A DNA stretch of 57,153 nucleotides from Acidobacteriota bacterium (lineage in GTDB: Bacteria; Acidobacteriota; Terriglobia; Acidiferrales; 2-02-FULL-67-57). Made by a program: the position numbers and the translations under genes. The notes under the pieces are model-generated. The model was not told the origin of the DNA. It made no database searches and saw only the letters and a list, made by a program, of their open reading frames with translations. The stretch covers positions 1 to 57,153 of the forward strand of contig JACZYA010000002.1 of assembly GCA_022571295.1 (NCBI GenBank), in the 5' to 3' direction. This document shows, one piece after another, positions 34,617 to 42,702 of the stretch. The stretch's first letter is position 1. Every line of letters starts with the position of its first letter.

Positions 34617-35870
34617 TCATTGCTCTGATTTCTCTTGCTTGTATCTTCGCCGTAGCTCCTCAGCCTTGGTTCTGATCTCAGTTAAATCCCGCCGCATTTC
34701 ACTCCACCCATACCAAAGCGCATAGTCAGGGTTGGCGTGGAAGGTGCCTTGGAAAGCTCGCATGCGGTGTTCGAGGTGCATCACAAACAGCCTTTGCTCA
34801 ATTGAAGTAGGGGCATCGTGAAAGGTGAGCAAGTCGGGAAACGCGTACGGATAATTCTCGGGCTTTTCCAGGACGCCGTCTTTGTACAGCCCCGCCACGA
34901 TGCGGATGGCCTCGGCCAGCAGACGGTCCGTTTCCTGGATCATTTGGTCGCCTTTCTCCAACTCCGCCCGGGCAAAATTGGACGAATGGCACTGGTTGCA
35001 AGTTCTGAGCATCTTGTCGCGTTCCCTCTGCCAGTCTTCCTGGGTGAGGCGTATCACATCGGCCTGCTTGATCACCTCCAGCCGCGCGGTGGGGTTCCCT
35101 TCGGGATCCAACACGCCCAGTGCTTGCAGAATCGTGGTGCGGTCGGCCGCCCACTGCGTGTCCTCCGGCAGGGGCAGGCGCACCGCCAGGAAGCCCCACG
35201 CGGTGCGGACCTCATGGTTGCCCTCCTGCATGTGGCAGGTTTGGCAGGTGGGAGCGGCCACGGTTTCGGGGAGTATCCCGCTTTGCTTCAGCAGGTACCG
35301 CACTCCGTGTTTGGACCCTGAATACATCTCCCACTGCGGATGGTCGAATCCCATGTGGCAGGTCCGGCACGCTTGCGGCTGGCGGGCTTCTTGGACGGAA
35401 AAGAGATGCCGGGTGTGGCAGGCATCGCAAGAAGCGACGCCAAACCCCGCCCCCTGTGCCTTCAGCTCCCGAATCTCTTCCTCTGTCTTCAACCCGATCT
35501 TGTGGCAGCCGCCGCAGCCTTTCATCCCCTCGATCAAGACCATCGGCTGCCAGTGGGTGGTCGGCATGGCTTTCATTGCCGCCCAGGCCAAGGCGTGCTT
35601 TCCGGCCTTGAATTGCTCGACCTGGATGTCGTGGCAAGGGGCGCAGGTCTCTGGTGTGGGGATCTGCACCTGGGCCACATCCTCCGCCGACGTGTGCTGA
35701 TCCCCGTGGCAGACCGAGCAATCAATCCCGCTCTGGCTGTGCTTGCTCAGTCGCCAGTCGGAAACAATACTGGGCGTGACTTTTTCGTGGCAACTCGCGC
35801 AATCCTGAGCTGCTGCCGGCAGAACAACGAACAAGGTCACCAGGAAACTGAGAAATGCTCTCGCGGCCAT
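34617..35870 (-). CDS. Secreted octaheme c-type cytochrome, hydroxylamine-oxidoreductase (HAO)-like family
   Basis: Eight CxxCH motifs (CASCH, CSVCH, CAPCH, CGGCH, CDACH, CRTCH, CQTCH, CNQCH), a signal peptide and a heme-free helical C-terminal region. ATG 35870 follows AGGAGG at 7-nt spacing. Confidence 0.7.
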   Translation of the reverse strand: MAARAFLSFLVTLFVVLPAAAQDCASCHEKVTPSIVSDWRLSKHSQSGIDCSVCHGDQHTSAEDVAQVQIPTPETCAPCHDIQVEQFKAGKHALAWAAMKAMPTTHWQPMVLIEGMKGCGGCHKIGLKTEEEIRELKAQGAGFGVASCDACHTRHLFSVQEARQPQACRTCHMGFDHPQWEMYSGSKHGVRYLLKQSGILPETVAAPTCQTCHMQEGNHEVRTAWGFLAVRLPLPEDTQWAADRTTILQALGVLDPEGNPTARLEVIKQADVIRLTQEDWQRERDKMLRTCNQCHSSNFARAELEKGDQMIQETDRLLAEAIRIVAGLYKDGVLEKPENYPYAFPDLLTFHDAPTSIEQRLFVMHLEHRMRAFQGTFHANPDYALWYGWSEMRRDLTEIRTKAEELRRRYKQEKSEQ

Positions 35871-36076
35871 GGGCACACCTCCTACTCCAGGCTAAACCAA
35901 CAGAGGCTTTGCCGGAGAGTAACGAAATCCCGCTCTCCCGGCAGAGCGGGGCTCCATAAACTCTTCAGTTGCTTCCCATTGTAAGCCCACCAGCGGCTTC
36001 CATCATAGCTTTCTTCATTCGGCCCGCTGGCCTACAATGTGCAGCTGGCCTTAGCCGCGCGAACGAGAAACGACCG

Positions 36077-36889
36077 ATGATGGATTCCTTCGCCCACCTC
36101 CACCCGATTGCACAGGCTCTCCTGGCTACCTGCTTTACGTGGTTCCTGACCGCGCTCGGGGCCGCGGTGGTCTTCACGGCCAAAGACCTGAGCCGGAAGG
36201 TTCTGGACGGCTTGCTGGGCTTTGCCGCCGGAGTGATGATCGCCGCCAGCTACTGGTCTCTGCTGGCACCCGCCATCGAAATGTCAAAGGGAAACGACCT
36301 GCCGAAGTGGTTTCCGGCGGCAACCGGATTCCTGCTGGGAGGGATCTTCCTGCGCTTGGTGGACTGGATCCTGCCGCACCTTCACATCGGCTTCCCGCCC
36401 GAGGAAACCGAAGGAATCAAGACCGGATGGCGCGGAACCATCCTGATGATTTTTGCCATCACCATGCACAACATCCCTGAGGGGCTGGCGGTGGGAATAG
36501 CCTTCGGGGCGGTGGCCGCCGGCTTTCCCGCTGCCACCCTGCCGGCCGCCGTCGCGCTCACCATCGGGATCGGGATTCAGAATTTCCCCGAAGGACTGGC
36601 GGTCTCCATGCCGCTGCGGCGCGCGGGCATATCCCGCGGGAAGAGTTTCTGGTACGGGCAACTCTCCGGCGCGGTGGAGCCTCTGGCTGGCGTCATCGGC
36701 GCGGCTGCGGTTCTGGTCTTCCAGCCCCTGCTGCCCTACGCCCTGGGCTTTGCCGCCGGCGCCATGATTTTCGTGGTGGTAGAGCAGGCGGTGCCGGAGT
36801 CCCAGCGGGGCGGGCACACCGACCTGGCGACGCTGGGCGCGATGCTGGGCTTCACGGTGATGATGATTCTGGACGTGGCCTTCGGATAA
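36077..36889 (+). CDS. ZIP-family divalent metal transporter (ZupT-like)
   Basis: 'HNIPEGLAVG' and 'GIQNFPEGLAVS' motifs with about 8 TM helices. The start was moved to ATG 36077. Confidence 0.85.
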   Translation: MMDSFAHLHPIAQALLATCFTWFLTALGAAVVFTAKDLSRKVLDGLLGFAAGVMIAASYWSLLAPAIEMSKGNDLPKWFPAATGFLLGGIFLRLVDWILPHLHIGFPPEETEGIKTGWRGTILMIFAITMHNIPEGLAVGIAFGAVAAGFPAATLPAAVALTIGIGIQNFPEGLAVSMPLRRAGISRGKSFWYGQLSGAVEPLAGVIGAAAVLVFQPLLPYALGFAAGAMIFVVVEQAVPESQRGGHTDLATLGAMLGFTVMMILDVAFG

Positions 36890-36900
36890 TTCAGAGACTC

Positions 36901-37680
36901 ATGCGTCTCATGCACCAATACAGCGGCTTGTGCGCGTCGTCATACGACCTTCTGCTTCCGGAGGAGGAGATTGAGGACACCGGCTTCTTCCGCAACGCCA
37001 TTGAAGAAAACGGGCAACCGGCCCTCGAGATTGGCTGCGGAACGGGTCGCTTGATTCTAAAGTTTCTCGAGGATGGGTTAGACGTTGAAGGTGTGGATTC
37101 CTCTGGTGAGATGCTCGCAATCCTCCAGCGCAAAGCAAAGGAACGCGGGCTAAAAGCCTGTACGCATGAACAGTTGATGCAGTCGCTGGATTTGTCGCGG
37201 CGCTACCGGACGATCTACGTACCGGTTGCATCGTTCATGCTGGTTCCACAGCTCGACCAAGCGGCCCGTGCCCTAAGCAGATTCCACCATCACCTGGAGT
37301 CGGGCGGGAAAGTGATGATCCCGTTAATTCTCCCCTGGAAAGAGGATATTGCCACTAGTGCCGCCCCGGCGGGAAAATGGCGCTTGAGGCGTGAAAGCAA
37401 TCAGCAAGAAGACAATCAAACCGTTCGCTGTTGGGAGCTTGCTACCTACGATTTCCAACAGCAACTGAAGTTGTCCCAGCTCCGCTTTGAAGTAATAAGC
37501 GATGGGCAAATACGCGCCACCGAAGAACGCCAATTTTCCTTGCGGTGGTACACCCAAGAGCAGTTTGCGAGTATGTTGCGACAGGCTGGGTTCTGCGACA
37601 TCCATGCTGTCCGCGATTACAGTCTTCAACCCGCCCAACCTGATGACGCATCATTCAGTTTCATCGCCACAAAGCCATAG
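36901..37680 (+). CDS. Class I SAM-dependent methyltransferase
   Basis: Motif I 'ALEIGCGTGRL'; 259 aa; substrate unknown. Confidence 0.8.
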   Translation: MRLMHQYSGLCASSYDLLLPEEEIEDTGFFRNAIEENGQPALEIGCGTGRLILKFLEDGLDVEGVDSSGEMLAILQRKAKERGLKACTHEQLMQSLDLSRRYRTIYVPVASFMLVPQLDQAARALSRFHHHLESGGKVMIPLILPWKEDIATSAAPAGKWRLRRESNQQEDNQTVRCWELATYDFQQQLKLSQLRFEVISDGQIRATEERQFSLRWYTQEQFASMLRQAGFCDIHAVRDYSLQPAQPDDASFSFIATKP

Positions 37681-37750
37681 GCCAAGCGCCCTTTCCCGTG
37701 AAGTCTTAAGACTGAACTCTGCTGCCGCGCAAACGGGCATCCGCGGGAAA

Positions 37751-38914
37751 CTACTGGTTGCTCCCCGGCGCGACCGGCACCGAAGCCTGCGGATCGTTCG
37801 CCAGCAGGAACTTCCGGCTCAGCCCGCGGTACACTTTGCCGGCGACCTCGGCGGCTTTCCCGCCGCTGAAGCTGCGCCCGCCCCGCAGCAGCACCACCAC
37901 CGCCACTCGCTTGCCGGTGGGCAGCTCGCCGTAGGAAGCGAACCAACCCAGCTTGGCCCGCTCGCCCGCGCAGGTTCCGGTCTTGCCCAGGATGCGCTCG
38001 TCGCCCTCCGCGCTCGAGCGCGCGGTGCCGAAAATGACCGCTGCCTGCAATCCCGCGCGCAGCTCCGGCAGCCAGCGCTGAATGGGCAGGTGCCGCTTGA
38101 CCCGCGGCTTGAAGCGGCCCCCTTGCTCTTTCGGACGCGGAACCTGAAGGTAGTAGAGCGTGCCGCCGTTGGCAAAGGCCGCCATCATGGCGGCCAGTTG
38201 CAGCGGCGTGGCTTTGACCTCTTCGCCGAAGCTGGAGAGCCGTCCTACGCCGCCCTTGGCCGGCGGCTGGGCAGGAAACGCGCCCGGATACTCGTCCTCC
38301 ATCAGGTAGCCGGCCCGCTCGCCGAAACCCAGCCGGCGCGCGTAGGCCGAAACCTTCTCGAAGCCCAGGCGCTTGCCCAAAACTTCAAAGAAGCGGTTGT
38401 TGGAATAGGCCAGCGCTTCGGTGAGGTTGATGGACTGATAGGCTGACACCCGCAGCAGCGTGTCGCCCGTAATCAGCCCTTCCTCCAGCGCGCCCAACGC
38501 CACCGCCAGCTTGATGGTCGAGCAAGGCTTGAAGCCGGCTGAGAACGCCAGCGGCTGGTTCACCACCGTAAGCATGCGCCCGGTCTCGGCCTCCACCACC
38601 ACCACGCTGCCGTTGGTGCGCCCCAGCGCCTGCACGGCCACCGCCCGCACCGCCGGGTCTTCCCCCTCCATACGATCCTTTCTGGTGGGGTTCACATAGC
38701 TGGGAACGCTGAACCGCACCCGGCGACGCCGGCGGCGGGAAGAAGTCTTCTTTTGGCTCTGCGCTGCGGCCGCAACCAAGAGCGGCTGGCCCCGACCACG
38801 GCGGGGCTGGCCGGCGGCCTCCTGCGCCGGCAGCGGCGCGCTTCCCGCCAACAAACCGATCAGCAAGCAGAGAAGCAGAAAGTCACCGCACCGCCGCCGT
38901 TGTCTCCCCTGCAT
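37751..38914 (-). CDS. Penicillin-binding transpeptidase-domain protein (single-domain, membrane-anchored)
   Basis: SxxK 'CSTIK', SxN 'YSNN' and KTG 'GKTGTC'. An N-terminal anchor and a basic Arg-rich linker are present. Confidence 0.8.
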   Translation of the reverse strand: MQGRQRRRCGDFLLLCLLIGLLAGSAPLPAQEAAGQPRRGRGQPLLVAAAAQSQKKTSSRRRRRRVRFSVPSYVNPTRKDRMEGEDPAVRAVAVQALGRTNGSVVVVEAETGRMLTVVNQPLAFSAGFKPCSTIKLAVALGALEEGLITGDTLLRVSAYQSINLTEALAYSNNRFFEVLGKRLGFEKVSAYARRLGFGERAGYLMEDEYPGAFPAQPPAKGGVGRLSSFGEEVKATPLQLAAMMAAFANGGTLYYLQVPRPKEQGGRFKPRVKRHLPIQRWLPELRAGLQAAVIFGTARSSAEGDERILGKTGTCAGERAKLGWFASYGELPTGKRVAVVVLLRGGRSFSGGKAAEVAGKVYRGLSRKFLLANDPQASVPVAPGSNQ

Positions 38915-39035
38915 GACTCGAAATACCCTACGCCCTCAATAGTTCACCGCCAGCGGTGCCGCCCCGGAAAGCACATTGATTCTAGGAAAGCCCCCCAACC
39001 TACACAAGGTCTATTTGAAAGACTGGGGCGGGAGC

Positions 39036-40094
39036 TCAGCCGAACTTGGCCTGGACCTTGGCGGGCTTCTCTTCCTTGGCGGCCTCTCCGGATTGCTCGG
39101 GCAGCGGGAGTCCCAATTTCTCGCGCAAGGCGCGGTCCAGCTTCTGGCACGCGTCCGGGTTGTCGCGCAGGAAGAGGCGCGCGTTCTCCCGCCCCTGGCC
39201 GATGCGCTCGCCGTTGTAGCTGAACCAGGAGCCGGACTTCTCCAGCAGACCGTGGAGCACGCCCAGGTCGAGCAGGTCGGTCTCGCGCGAAATCCCTTCG
39301 CCGAAAATCAAGTCGAACTCCGTTTGCCGGAAGGGAGCGGCCAGCTTGTTCTTCACCACCTTGGCGCGCGTGTGGTTGCCGATGACGCGGTCGCCGTCCT
39401 TGATGGCCGCCACCCGGCGGATGTCCACCCGCACGTCGGCGTAGAACCGCAGCGCCCGTCCGCCCGGCGTGGTCTCCGGGTTGCCGAACATCACTCCGAT
39501 CTTCATCCGTAGTTGGTTGATGAAAATCAGGCAGGTCTGCGACTTGCTGACCAGCGCCTTCAGCTTCCGCATCGCCTGCGACATCAGCCGCGCTTGCAAG
39601 CCCATTTGCGGGTCGCCCATGTCGCCTTCCAGCTCCTGCTTCGGCACCAGCGCCGCCACCGAGTCCACCACCACCACGTCCACTGCGCTGGACTGAATCA
39701 GCGTCTGCGCAATCTCCAACGCCTCGTCGCCGCTGTTGGGCTGCGACACCAGCAGGTTGTCCACATCCACGCCCAGCTTGCGCGCGTAGACAGCATCCAG
39801 GGCGTGCTCGGCATCGATGAACGCCGCCATCCCGCCCTTCTTCTGCGCTTCGGCAATCACGTGCAGCGCCAGCGTGGTCTTGCCGCCCGCCTCCGGACCG
39901 AAAATCTCTATTACGCGCCCGCGCGGCATGCCACCCACGCCCAGCGCCGCATCCAACGACAGGCAGCCGGTGGAAATCACTGTCACAGGAACCAGCGCAG
40001 ATCGCTCCCCCAAACGCATGATGGACCCTTTGCCGAAGTCCTTTTCAATTTGCGCAATCGCCAAATCCAGGTTCCGCTTTCGCTCATCCGCCAT
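39036..40094 (-). CDS. recA: Recombinase A
   Basis: '[16 protein letters not shown]' and '[17 protein letters not shown]'; 352 aa. Confidence 0.97.
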   Translation of the reverse strand: MADERKRNLDLAIAQIEKDFGKGSIMRLGERSALVPVTVISTGCLSLDAALGVGGMPRGRVIEIFGPEAGGKTTLALHVIAEAQKKGGMAAFIDAEHALDAVYARKLGVDVDNLLVSQPNSGDEALEIAQTLIQSSAVDVVVVDSVAALVPKQELEGDMGDPQMGLQARLMSQAMRKLKALVSKSQTCLIFINQLRMKIGVMFGNPETTPGGRALRFYADVRVDIRRVAAIKDGDRVIGNHTRAKVVKNKLAAPFRQTEFDLIFGEGISRETDLLDLGVLHGLLEKSGSWFSYNGERIGQGRENARLFLRDNPDACQKLDRALREKLGLPLPEQSGEAAKEEKPAKVQAKFG

Positions 40095-40108
40095 CGTTTT
40101 GCCCTCGT

Positions 40109-40375
40109 TTAGGATTCAATTTGCGGAGTGTCGTCCTCCGCATCCAACGCTTCGCTCATTTCTTCTTCCATCTGCTCCAGCAGCGTCCGCGCTTGCTGCT
40201 CGTCTTTCTTGCTCACCCACAAACCGATTTCTCCCAGCACGCCCGCCGGCAGCACTCCCAGGTCGCGATTGGAGAAGCATTCGATCCCGCGATCCAGCAG
40301 AACCTGTTCCATCATCTTGGCCTGCAACAGGTTCAGCCCTGCCCAGACCCGCACCGTCTTTTCCTCGCGCTCCAT
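40109..40375 (-). CDS. Small DUF2007-like protein (putative signal-transducing fold)
   Basis: 88 aa, a beta-alpha-beta-like core plus an acidic tail. It starts 10 nt after the extended VKOR frame ends and lies 14 nt upstream of recA. Confidence 0.5.
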   Translation of the reverse strand: MEREEKTVRVWAGLNLLQAKMMEQVLLDRGIECFSNRDLGVLPAGVLGEIGLWVSKKDEQQARTLLEQMEEEMSEALDAEDDTPQIES

Positions 40376-40415
40376 CGTTCTCTTCTACCGCGCCTGCCAC
40401 AGCAGAAGCAAGAGG

Positions 40416-40434
40416 GCCACGTTCACGACGTGGC
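40416..40434 (-). other. SECIS-like hairpin immediately downstream of the in-frame UGA of the VKOR gene
   Basis: On the minus-strand RNA, GCCACGU-CGUGA-ACGUGGC forms a perfect 7-bp stem with a 5-nt loop that has G at loop position 2. The stem starts 7 nt after the UGA. This is geometry only; no covariance model was run. Confidence 0.35.
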
Positions 40435-40441
40435 TGAGCAG

Positions 40442-40807
40442 TCACAACCCGCACCAACTCTTCAGCCGCGCCACCAACGCCCAGATCAAATACGGCGCCA
40501 GCAGCACGCTCGCCGCCGCCAATCCCAGCGTCAGCAACCACAACCACTCCGGCAGCCGCCCCGCCAGCGCCAGCAGCGCCGCCGTTCCGGCCAGAAGATA
40601 AAACCCCACTCCCAGCAGCGCATTGGGCACGCCCAACAGGCGCGCGTAGGGCGTGCGCAGGATCGTTACGCAGGCCTGCTCCTCCCGGCGACAGAATACT
40701 GTTGGAACCCCCCGCGCTGCCACGCGCTCAAAATAAATCAGAGTGAAGTAAAGGGAGATGGCGCACCCTGCCACCGCCAACCCCAACAACCACCACCACA
40801 GTGTCAA
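40442..40807 (-). CDS. Vitamin K epoxide reductase (VKOR) family protein, as the conventional ORF ending at TGA; probably continues to 40386 (see finding)
   Basis: TM1, loop Cys pair 'FCRREEQAC...LRTPYARLLGVPNALLGVGFY', TM2 and TM3. The ORF then ends '...LKSWCGL-TGA' in the middle of the CxxC active site. TTG start after AGGTAGG. Confidence 0.75.
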   Translation of the reverse strand: MTLWWWLLGLAVAGCAISLYFTLIYFERVAARGVPTVFCRREEQACVTILRTPYARLLGVPNALLGVGFYLLAGTAALLALAGRLPEWLWLLTLGLAAASVLLAPYLIWALVARLKSWCGL

Positions 40808-40871
40808 TCGAACCTACCTGGCCGTGCGAAACGGCTGCTGCGGAGCCTAACGCCGCAGAAAAGTTGCGGGC

Positions 40872-42050
40872 CTAGCGTTCCACCGCCAGGGCGACAGCAT
40901 TGCCTCCGCCCAAGCACAACGCGGCCACGCCGCGCTTGGCGTCGCGCGCCCGCATCTCGTGCAACAGCGTCACCAGCAAGCGCGCCCCGGTGGCGCCAAT
41001 GGGATGCCCCAAAGCGACCGCCCCGCCGTTCACATTCACCTTTGCCGGGTCCAAGCCCAGCTTGCGGGTCACGGCCAGCGCCGCCACGGCAAACGCTTCG
41101 TTCAACTCGATCAGCTCCACGTCCTCTTTCTTCCACCCGATTTTCTTCAGCAACTTCTCGAAGGCTTCCACCGGCGCCATCATCACCCACTTGGGCTCCA
41201 CGCCGCTCACCGCCTGGCCCACGATGCGCGCCATCGGCTCCCGCCCGTTCTTCTGCGCCCACTCCTCCGAAGTCACCACCAGCGCCGCCGCCCCGTCGTT
41301 TGTCCCCGGCGCGTTCCCGGCCGTGACCGTACCGTCCTTCTTGAAGGCCGGCCGCAGCCGCGCCAGCTTTTCCACTGAAGTATCCGCGCGCGGGCCCTCG
41401 TCCTTCTTGAACACAATCGGGTCGCCTTTCCTCTGCGGAATCTCCACCGGCAGGATTTGCGACTCGAACCGGCACTCCTGGGCCGCCGCCACCGCCCTGC
41501 GATGGCTCTCCACCGCAAACCGGTCCTGCTCCTCCCGGCTGATTTTATATTTCTCCGCCACCAACTCGCCGGTGTGCCCCATGTGAAAGTCCTCGTAGAC
41601 GTCCCACAGCCCGTCGCCGATCATCGAGTCTACTACCTGCCCGTGCCCGAGCCGGTAGCCCTGGCGCGCCTTGGGCAGCAGGTAAGGACAGTTCGTCATG
41701 GACTCCATCCCGCCGGCGACGAACACCTCGCCGTTCTCGCTCGCGATGGCCTGCGCCGCCAGCGCCACCGCTTTCAGGCCCGAGCCGCACACCTTATTAA
41801 TGGTCATCGCCGCTACCTGCGGCCGCAGCCCGCCGCGCAGCCCCGCCTGCCGCGCCGGGTTCTGCCCCAGCCCGGCCTGCACCACGTTGCCCATGATGAT
41901 CTCTTCCACCCGTTCCGGCTCCACCCCCGCGCGCGCCACCGCTTCCTTCACCACCAACGCCCCCAACTCGGTGGCGGCAAACGGCGTCAGCGCCCCCTGG
42001 AACTTTCCAATCGGAGTGCGGACAGCGCTCAGAATCACTGCCTGTTTCAC
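40872..42050 (-). CDS. Acetyl-CoA C-acetyltransferase (thiolase II)
   Basis: '[11 protein letters not shown]' acyl-Cys, '[19 protein letters not shown]' and 'CLGGGNAVA'. GTG start after GGGAGA. Confidence 0.93.
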   Translation of the reverse strand: MKQAVILSAVRTPIGKFQGALTPFAATELGALVVKEAVARAGVEPERVEEIIMGNVVQAGLGQNPARQAGLRGGLRPQVAAMTINKVCGSGLKAVALAAQAIASENGEVFVAGGMESMTNCPYLLPKARQGYRLGHGQVVDSMIGDGLWDVYEDFHMGHTGELVAEKYKISREEQDRFAVESHRRAVAAAQECRFESQILPVEIPQRKGDPIVFKKDEGPRADTSVEKLARLRPAFKKDGTVTAGNAPGTNDGAAALVVTSEEWAQKNGREPMARIVGQAVSGVEPKWVMMAPVEAFEKLLKKIGWKKEDVELIELNEAFAVAALAVTRKLGLDPAKVNVNGGAVALGHPIGATGARLLVTLLHEMRARDAKRGVAALCLGGGNAVALAVER

Positions 42051-42349
42051 GCTTCTCTCCCAGGAACTCCCGTAACCTCTTTAGTTTGCAGCCAAACGCG
42101 CTATCTGCGAACCAACTAACGGGGGAGGGGAGTATGCCCTCCGATCCCCTCTTTAACTCACTTAGCGGAAATAACTTAACCGCAAGAAACTAGTTTCCAT
42201 TTCATGCTTTTTTCGTGCTTCTGCTGGGACAACTCGTGGGCAAGATCCCATGCCTCTCCTCGCCTCCTCCTTCCCCTGAAAACGATTATAGGTTTCGCCC
42301 TCCGCCCGGTCAAGGAACCCCGCCTCCCGCGGCGTCGCTTTAGCTCAGT

Positions 42350-42374
42350 GTCATCCTGAGCGAAGCGAAGGATC
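42350..42374. repeat. Dispersed 25-nt motif gtcatcctgagcgaagcgaaggatc
   Basis: Matches the reverse complement of 17417-17441 at 22/25 positions (3 transitions). A degenerate relative lies at 1072-1096. Its 5' half forms the 3' arm of a local hairpin, gctcag(42343-42348)-tgtcatc-ctgagc(42356-42361). Confidence 0.55.
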
Positions 42375-42380
42375 TGTTTT

Positions 42381-42440
42381 GCCTGCCTACCGCTTGCCCA
42401 CCGCCCGCCTGCCGGTCGGGCAGGTGGCGGGCAGGCAGGC
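42381..42440. repeat. GC-rich imperfect hairpin repeat (gcctgcct ... aggcaggc)
   Basis: Perfect 8-bp outer stem with an inner cctgcc-ggtcg-ggcagg hairpin. It belongs to the same family as 29879-29926. Confidence 0.5.
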
Positions 42441-42476
42441 GGTGTTCATCCCCCCGCGTTTAAGAGACGAGAAGCT

Positions 42477-42583
42477 GTTGCATAACCTCCGTATGGCGGG
42501 TCAGGGCTTCAGCCCTGACATCCAAGGGCCAGGAAAAACAGGGGCTTTAGCCCCTGAGGTTCCACCGGGAGCGGTTATGCAAC
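42477..42583. repeat. 107-nt structured element: 11-bp terminal inverted repeats enclosing two perfect tetraloop hairpins (MITE-like, or a small structured RNA)
   Basis: GTTGCATAACC (42477-42487) pairs with GGTTATGCAAC (42573-42583). The inner hairpins are gtcagggc-ttca-gccctgac (42500-42519) and caggggc-ttta-gcccctg (42539-42556). Confidence 0.5.
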
Positions 42584-42702
42584 AAGCTCCAGTCCGGAAG
42601 AAGTGCTCTGCACCCGCGCGCGCCACCCGCCAAGTGCAAGCCTGTGGCACCCACCCCGGGGAATTTGTCTTGCCGCCGTGCTAAGATAACCCGCACCACG
42701 GA

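Noticed and set aside
37697-37712. 12-nt palindrome agtcttaagact between the convergent methyltransferase and PBP genes.
   Set aside because: It is too short and AT-rich to be a stable terminator stem, no T-run follows it, and as a single occurrence it is likely chance.
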